Assembly (NCBI RefSeq): GCF_000020025.1
Contig: NC_010628.1
Location: 660,001 to 692,000 of the forward strand
DNA length: 32,000 nucleotides
Direction of reading: 5' to 3'
Origin: Nostoc punctiforme PCC 73102
Lineage (GTDB): Bacteria; Cyanobacteriota; Cyanobacteriia; Cyanobacteriales; Nostocaceae
Part shown: positions 27,548 to 32,000 of the stretch, one piece after another
How the letters are laid out: the number at the start of each line of letters is the position of its first letter
How positions within the stretch are numbered: position 1 is the first letter of the stretch
Notes under the pieces: model-generated
What the model saw: only the letters and a program-made list of their open reading frames with translations
Databases searched by the model: none
Told to the model about the DNA's origin: nothing
Made by a program: the position numbers and the translations under genes

Positions 27548-28267
27548 CTATTTATTGCTTAAAACCTTATTCAATACTTCAGCAGCATTATCGGCTTCAG
27601 GCTTGCCGACTTTGGACTTGAGAACGGATACGAGACTGTTCATCTGTGCCTTGGTCAGTCCAGTATTCATGCCGATTCTAAAATGTGCTTGCAGTTGGGG
27701 GTTGACACCTTTCATACTCGAAAGAGCTGCAATGGTCGCAATCTCCCTACTTTGAAAGTCCAGGTTGTCGCGCCCGAAGATGTCTGCGAACAGGTGACTT
27801 TTCAAAAACTGATCGATGGCGGGAGCAAAAGTATAGATTTCCCCAGCAACCGGACTTCCTGAAAGGCGCGTCTGAATTTCTGTTCCAAGTTCGAGACGAC
27901 TTTTATCGGTAGAAAGTGGGCTTGCTTCCTTACCCGCTACGTCCTTAATTCCCTTGGCCTCCCTTGCTTTCATAACGCTCATAAAGACGTTGAGGGCGTT
28001 TAGACTGCGCGGAAATCCTGCATAAGCATACAGTTGAACCAAAACCTCCTTGATCTCATTTACCGTCAAGCCAGCATCAAGCCCTTCATTTAGAGCCGCA
28101 GACAAATCTTCTAGATCGCCGTTGGCGGTAAAGGCGGCGATGGTGACGATGCTTTGTTGTCGTGCATCTAAAGTTTGATCGTTGTTCATTGTTTGTGCAT
28201 CCGACATACATGAAAGGCTAAATATCATTACAGACACCAGTGCTAAGAACACGATGAGCTTTTTCAT
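27548..28267 (-). CDS. Exported carboxymuconolactone decarboxylase family protein (two CMD repeats with a signal peptide)
   Basis: The tracked ORF starts at a TTG (28309). The ATG at 28267 has AAGGAGG 8 nt upstream. N-terminus MKKLIVFLALVSVMIFSLSCMSDAQT. Repeats: LTVNEIKEVLVQLYAYAGFPRSLNAL and SREIATIAALSSMKGVNPQLQAHFRIGMNTGLT. Confidence 0.85.
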   Translation of the reverse strand: MKKLIVFLALVSVMIFSLSCMSDAQTMNNDQTLDARQQSIVTIAAFTANGDLEDLSAALNEGLDAGLTVNEIKEVLVQLYAYAGFPRSLNALNVFMSVMKAREAKGIKDVAGKEASPLSTDKSRLELGTEIQTRLSGSPVAGEIYTFAPAIDQFLKSHLFADIFGRDNLDFQSREIATIAALSSMKGVNPQLQAHFRIGMNTGLTKAQMNSLVSVLKSKVGKPEADNAAEVLNKVLSNK

Positions 28268-28443
28268 CAAAACTGCCTCCTTATTGCCACTGCTACAGAG
28301 TCGTGGCAAACGGTTCTTTTAGGTTTCACGCCTTTGAGAGGATGGAACGAGCGCATAAGCTGACAAGGATCGTCAGCGCCGTCTGGCGCGATCTCCACCA
28401 TTTGTCGCGTTCACTGCAACGGTGTCATGCTTAGTGCCATTTA

Positions 28444-29217
28444 TCACTGCACCGTTTGGCCACCGTCGATGATCAGGGCGTGCCCGACGACAAAGGAGGA
28501 CGCATCCGAACACAGCCAGACGACGGCATTGGCGATTTCTTCGGGCTGCCCCATCCTTCCAATCGGCTCCTCTGAGACTACCTTTTGGCGGCCTTCGGGA
28601 GTGCCGCCGGTGAAGCGATCCATCATCGACGTGTCGATATAGCCAGGACACACGGCGTTGATGCGGATGTTCTGCGAGGCGTAGTCGAGGGCCGCCGCTT
28701 TGGTGAGGCCGATCACGCCGTGTTTTGCGGCGGTGTATGCGGCTCCGCCCTTGATGCCGATGACCCCAGCACCCGATGATGTGTTCACGATCGCGCCGCC
28801 ACCTTGCTTGAGCATTAGCGGGATTTCGTGCTTCAGGCATAGAAAGACACTCCGCAGGTCGGTGTTGACGATGCGATCCCATTCTGCCTCCTCCAGTTCC
28901 GCAGTTGCAGCTTTCTTCTGTTCAACACCAGCATTGTTAAAAGCAAAGTCCAGCCGTCCGAAAGTTTCGATGGTCTTGGAAAGAGCCGCCGTCACGTCCT
29001 CGGTTCGCGTCACATCGCACTTGACGGCAAGCACTCGTCCGCCGAGGTCTTCGATCAGGCGCACCGTTTCTTGATTGCCCTGTTCTGAAACATCGGCAAC
29101 CACGACATTAGCGCCCTCACGGGCAAACGCCAGCGCCGTAGCTCGACCGATGCCGTTTGCTGCTCCGGTTACAAATGCAACCTTTCCTGTGTAATTTCCA
29201 TTCTCGTTCTTTGTCAT
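28444..29217 (-). CDS. Classical short-chain dehydrogenase/reductase (glucose-1-dehydrogenase / 3-oxoacyl reductase-like)
   Basis: 257 aa. ATG start with AAGGAG upstream. TGAANGIG, NNAG, S...YTAAKHGVIGLTK, and PGYIDT. Confidence 0.9.
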   Translation of the reverse strand: MTKNENGNYTGKVAFVTGAANGIGRATALAFAREGANVVVADVSEQGNQETVRLIEDLGGRVLAVKCDVTRTEDVTAALSKTIETFGRLDFAFNNAGVEQKKAATAELEEAEWDRIVNTDLRSVFLCLKHEIPLMLKQGGGAIVNTSSGAGVIGIKGGAAYTAAKHGVIGLTKAAALDYASQNIRINAVCPGYIDTSMMDRFTGGTPEGRQKVVSEEPIGRMGQPEEIANAVVWLCSDASSFVVGHALIIDGGQTVQ

Positions 29218-29306
29218 TTTTTACTCCTTACATTGCTCATTAGGGAAGTCTTGATTGGGATTTTCACGATCTATTGCCGGGTAGTGGAGCCAAGGACAAG
29301 CTCGAA

Positions 29307-29702
29307 TCACTTCGCGCCAAGCAAAACTGGATCGGTCTCGACAAGTTTGAGGGACTTAACCATTTGCTGGGTATTGGTCTTGTATTTTTTGAAATGAGGC
29401 GATTCGATGTGTGCTTTGTACGCATCCACATCAGCATACGTCTCAAGAATTCTTATGCTGGTGGGGCTATCCTTTAGAGAGACGGCGTATAAGGTCAACA
29501 CCCCCGGCTCCAGGCGAATGGAAGCCTCGATTTCCTCCCTAAGTTCAGCTTTATAATTTTCTAACAGAGCTGGATCGATCTCAATTTCCGATAGTCGTAC
29601 CATGCGTCCTTGGGTCTGTTCGGCAGGGGCACGCCCGCACGCGCACAACAGACATAACGTCAGCACCGATGCACCAAGGATTGGAAATCGTCTAGCTTTC
29701 AT
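29307..29702 (-). CDS. ABM (antibiotic-biosynthesis-monooxygenase / quinol monooxygenase fold) protein with a signal peptide, possibly a lipoprotein
   Basis: 131 aa. ATG start with AGGAGG upstream. N-terminus MKARRFPILGASVLTLCLLCACGRAP. The ferredoxin-like ABM core is VRLSEIEIDPALLENYKAELREEI...LTLYAVS...IRILETYADVDAYKAHIESPHFKKY. Confidence 0.8.
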   Translation of the reverse strand: MKARRFPILGASVLTLCLLCACGRAPAEQTQGRMVRLSEIEIDPALLENYKAELREEIEASIRLEPGVLTLYAVSLKDSPTSIRILETYADVDAYKAHIESPHFKKYKTNTQQMVKSLKLVETDPVLLGAK

Positions 29703-29771
29703 GTTGACCTCCTGGTTGGTTGTTGAAGATGCCCATGCATCTGCGATCGCTTCCGCCAGTAAAACGTCCCA

Positions 29772-30320
29772 TCATTTCGGCGCGATAGATGTTTGATCGA
29801 GTTCAATCGTCACTTTTAAAGAGCCTGGCAGATTGAAAGCTTCTAGGTCGGAATCGATCTTGCCTATGACAATGATGCCGGGATCGGGGATTTCCTCTCC
29901 ACCGTGGCGATAATAAATAGCCACATCAGGGCCGGGAGACCAGTAAATGACCTCTCCAACTTCATAGGTTTTGGTTCGCTCTCCCTCCTCCGAAATTGCT
30001 CTCGGCAGGTGGGCAAACTTTTCTCTTCCAAACAAATCGTTCATCGTCAGCGTTAATGGCAGCAGGGAAACAAAATCCTGAGTGGTTTTGCTGTCGATTA
30101 AAGCGGCTGTAACAACTTTGTCTTTGACCTTGATGTTTATCTTCATACTGTCTGCCTGCTTGATTGATATTTCAGTCGGCATCTTCAACGAGGCACTGCT
30201 AGTCATACTGTTGTCGGCACGGCAGGCTGAGTTACTCAGGGACATCACTAGGGCGAGAACCAAAATCAGTATTCTCTGCTGGCAGTTTTTCCCCTTGACG
30301 GGAAACCATTTCAACAGCAC
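29772..30320 (-). CDS. Cyclophilin-like fold protein with a signal peptide
   Basis: 182 aa. The GTG start overlaps the cupin stop (TAGTG), and GGAGGAA lies 7 nt upstream. N-terminus KGKNCQQRILILVLALVMSLSNSAC. Family-like core: IKVKDKVVTAALIDSKTTQDFVSLLPLTLTMNDLFGREKFAHLP...YEVGEVIYWSPGPDVAIYY. Confidence 0.7.
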   Translation of the reverse strand: MLLKWFPVKGKNCQQRILILVLALVMSLSNSACRADNSMTSSASLKMPTEISIKQADSMKINIKVKDKVVTAALIDSKTTQDFVSLLPLTLTMNDLFGREKFAHLPRAISEEGERTKTYEVGEVIYWSPGPDVAIYYRHGGEEIPDPGIIVIGKIDSDLEAFNLPGSLKVTIELDQTSIAPK

Positions 30321-30721
30321 TAAGATATTCCTCCATACTGCTTGTCGCTGACATGCTCCATCCAGTCCACAGGCTTACCGTCGAGCCATTCCTGAATAGC
30401 AATGTGCGTCATCGCCGTGGTTGCTGTAGCACCGTGCCAATGCTTCTCACCTAGCGAGATCCAGATTGTGTCCCCCGGTCGAATTTGCTCGATCGAGCCG
30501 CCCCAGCGCTGTACTAAACCACAGCCAGCCGTCACAATCAAGGTTTGTCCTAATGGGTGCGTGTGCCATGCTGTCCGAGCGCCAGGCTCAAACGTGACAC
30601 TGGCTCCAGACGTGCGTGCTGGATCGTGCGCCTCGAATAGGGGATCAATGCGGACAGTGCCCGTAAAATAATCAGCCGGTCCTTTGGCAGAAGGCTGTGA
30701 GCCACTTCTTTTAATGTCCAT
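30320..30721 (-). CDS. Small cupin protein of the type often annotated '(R)-mandelonitrile lyase-like cupin'
   Basis: The ORF is open to 30838, but the family-typical N-terminus [29 protein letters not shown] starts at the ATG at 30721, with AAGGAA upstream. Cupin motifs are [14 protein letters not shown] and GEKHWHGA. Confidence 0.85.
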   Translation of the reverse strand: MDIKRSGSQPSAKGPADYFTGTVRIDPLFEAHDPARTSGASVTFEPGARTAWHTHPLGQTLIVTAGCGLVQRWGGSIEQIRPGDTIWISLGEKHWHGATATTAMTHIAIQEWLDGKPVDWMEHVSDKQYGGIS

Positions 30722-30929
30722 TTTCTTAATTCCTTTACTTGATGCAATTTTGGTGGCTAGCAGGCAAGTCTCTTGCCGAATCAAAACTGAGTTTTCTCTT
30801 AAATAAAAATCCAGAATGCTTAAATAAGGCGAAATCATTTTTCATTGCTTTAGCTTCATTCTAAGAATCCTGAAGAACAAGTAATAGGACGATCGTCTAA
30901 GATCGTTGTACAATTCTGCAAACTTAGAA
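30722..30929. promoter_or_regulatory. Divergent control region between the cupin operon and the AraC-family gene (inferred)
   Basis: 208-bp AT-rich gap. Palindromes GGCAAGtctCTTGCC (30763-30777) and GACGATCGTC (30888-30897). GATCGT is repeated 10 bp apart (30891 and 30901). TTGTACAA at 30906-30913. No promoter can be proven by eye. Confidence 0.4.
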
Positions 30930-31910
30930 ATGAACGCTGCTAAAACGAGTGAGAAGTCCAATATCGATTTAATGAACGACCCGCAGGCAAAGCGCCAGGT
31001 AGACAGAGCGCAAGCCAACAGAGACGAACTCAAAGAGCTGATTGCACAGGCGATTCCTCATGATGGAACGATTGAGCCGCTTAAAGGTTTGCACTTCAAC
31101 CGCTCCTCCTCGCCTTCGGAATGCGTTCATAGTGTCTCTATCCCTGCGTTTTGTGCGATCGCTCAGGGCAGCAAAGAAGTTCTTTTGGGTAGCGAGCGCT
31201 ATCAGTACGACCCGATGCATTATCTGCTTGCTACGGTCGAACTGCCAATTGTCAGTCAAATTTTGGAAGCGTCCAAGGCGCAACCGTACCTTAGTCTTCG
31301 CCTCGATCTTGACCCTACTCTCGTTGGCTCAGTGATGGTCGAGGCAGGGTATCCCTCGCGCAGGCGTGCTGATGTGAAAGCGATTGACGTAAGTCCATTG
31401 AATGCAAATCTGTTGGATGCTGTAGTGCGGCTCGTCAGGCTTTTAGATTCCCCTGCTGAAGCTCATGTTCTCGCACCACTGATTAAGCGGGAAATCATTT
31501 ACCGACTCCTGATGGGAGAGCAAGGTAATCGGCTCCGTCATATTGCAGTTCTGGGTGGCTACACTTACCACATCGCCAGAGCCGTCGAGCGACTTCGTAA
31601 AGACTTTAACGAACCGATCAAGATTGAAAGCATCGCCCGAGAGCTGGGAATGAGTGTTTCGGGCTTCCACCATCACTTCAAGTCTGTCACTGCCATGAGT
31701 CCCTTGCAGTACCAAAAGCAACTGCGACTCCAGGAGGCTCGCCGTCTGATGCTGGGGGAAAAGCTTGATGCTACCAGTGCTGCCTACCGCGTGGGTTATG
31801 ATGATGCCTCGCATTTCAACCGGGAGTACAAGCGGCTTTTTGGTGCGCCACCGATGCGCGATGTGGAGCGGCTGCGAGAAGCTGCTAGGGAGACTGCTAG
31901 TTCAATTTGA
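30930..31910 (+). CDS. AraC-family transcriptional regulator with an AraC_N-type ligand-binding domain
   Basis: The tracked ORF starts at a TTG (30906). ATG candidates are 30930 and 30972. N-domain YQYDPMHYLLATVELPIVSQILEASKAQPYLSLRLDLD. C-terminal double HTH IARELGMSVSGFHHHFKSVTAMSPLQYQKQLRLQEARRLM...VGYDDASHFNREYKRLFGAPP. Confidence 0.9.
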   Translation: MNAAKTSEKSNIDLMNDPQAKRQVDRAQANRDELKELIAQAIPHDGTIEPLKGLHFNRSSSPSECVHSVSIPAFCAIAQGSKEVLLGSERYQYDPMHYLLATVELPIVSQILEASKAQPYLSLRLDLDPTLVGSVMVEAGYPSRRRADVKAIDVSPLNANLLDAVVRLVRLLDSPAEAHVLAPLIKREIIYRLLMGEQGNRLRHIAVLGGYTYHIARAVERLRKDFNEPIKIESIARELGMSVSGFHHHFKSVTAMSPLQYQKQLRLQEARRLMLGEKLDATSAAYRVGYDDASHFNREYKRLFGAPPMRDVERLREAARETASSI

Positions 31911-32000
31911 TCTCCTCGAGATGCCCTAAAATTCCCAGAAATCGCTGTTTATAGGCAGTATGACTTCAATCGTGAGTATCACAGTAACTCTGAGCAGTAC

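Noticed and set aside
28373-28882. 169-aa ORF (Arg/His/Pro-rich) on the minus strand
   Set aside because: It lies almost entirely inside the well-supported SDR gene 28444..29217 in another frame. Its composition is typical of an off-frame reading of G+C-rich DNA, with no motif and no RBS.
30722-30838. 39-codon N-terminal extension of the cupin ORF ([17 protein letters not shown]...)
   Set aside because: The extension is AT-rich, unlike the rest of the gene, and is not family-like. The internal ATG at 30721 has an RBS and gives the canonical [11 protein letters not shown]... N-terminus.

Overview
The window reads as chromosomal DNA of a filamentous Nostoc/Anabaena-type cyanobacterium. Support for this: many GCGATCGC (HIP1) octamers, heptamer STRR-like tracts, and GC-rich palindromic short dispersed repeats in most intergenic gaps. 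Positions 1-22,000 are AT-rich and carry mostly unlinked genes: a TerB-like/dynamin-like GTPase fusion, a mini-lipoxygenase, an FtsH-type M41 peptidase-only membrane protein, a pseudo-receiver GGDEF cyclase, alaS, an AIM24-family protein, two tandem histidine kinases, an atypical SDR, dnaK, a frameshifted acetoacetate-decarboxylase-family gene and an ABC exporter. Positions ~22,000-31,950 are visibly different. This is a G+C-rich but mosaic block in which every gene except one lies on the minus strand. It encodes small redox or tautomerase-fold proteins: an aldo/keto reductase, three SDRs, two carboxymuconolactone-decarboxylase (CMD) family proteins, a Zn-alcohol dehydrogenase, an ABM monooxygenase-fold protein, a cyclophilin-like protein and a cupin. 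A divergent AraC_N-type regulator sits at the right end. Three of the products carry signal peptides. The block also holds gene relics (two cupin 3' ends, a CMD fragment, an internally deleted aldo/keto reductase) that record recombination between paralogous cassettes. No integrase or transposase gene, tRNA, rRNA or CRISPR array was found. I consider this AraC-controlled, partly exported redox cluster the best candidate for an uncharacterised system. The TerB-dynamin fusion is second. All calls come from reading motifs by eye, and no database search was possible.
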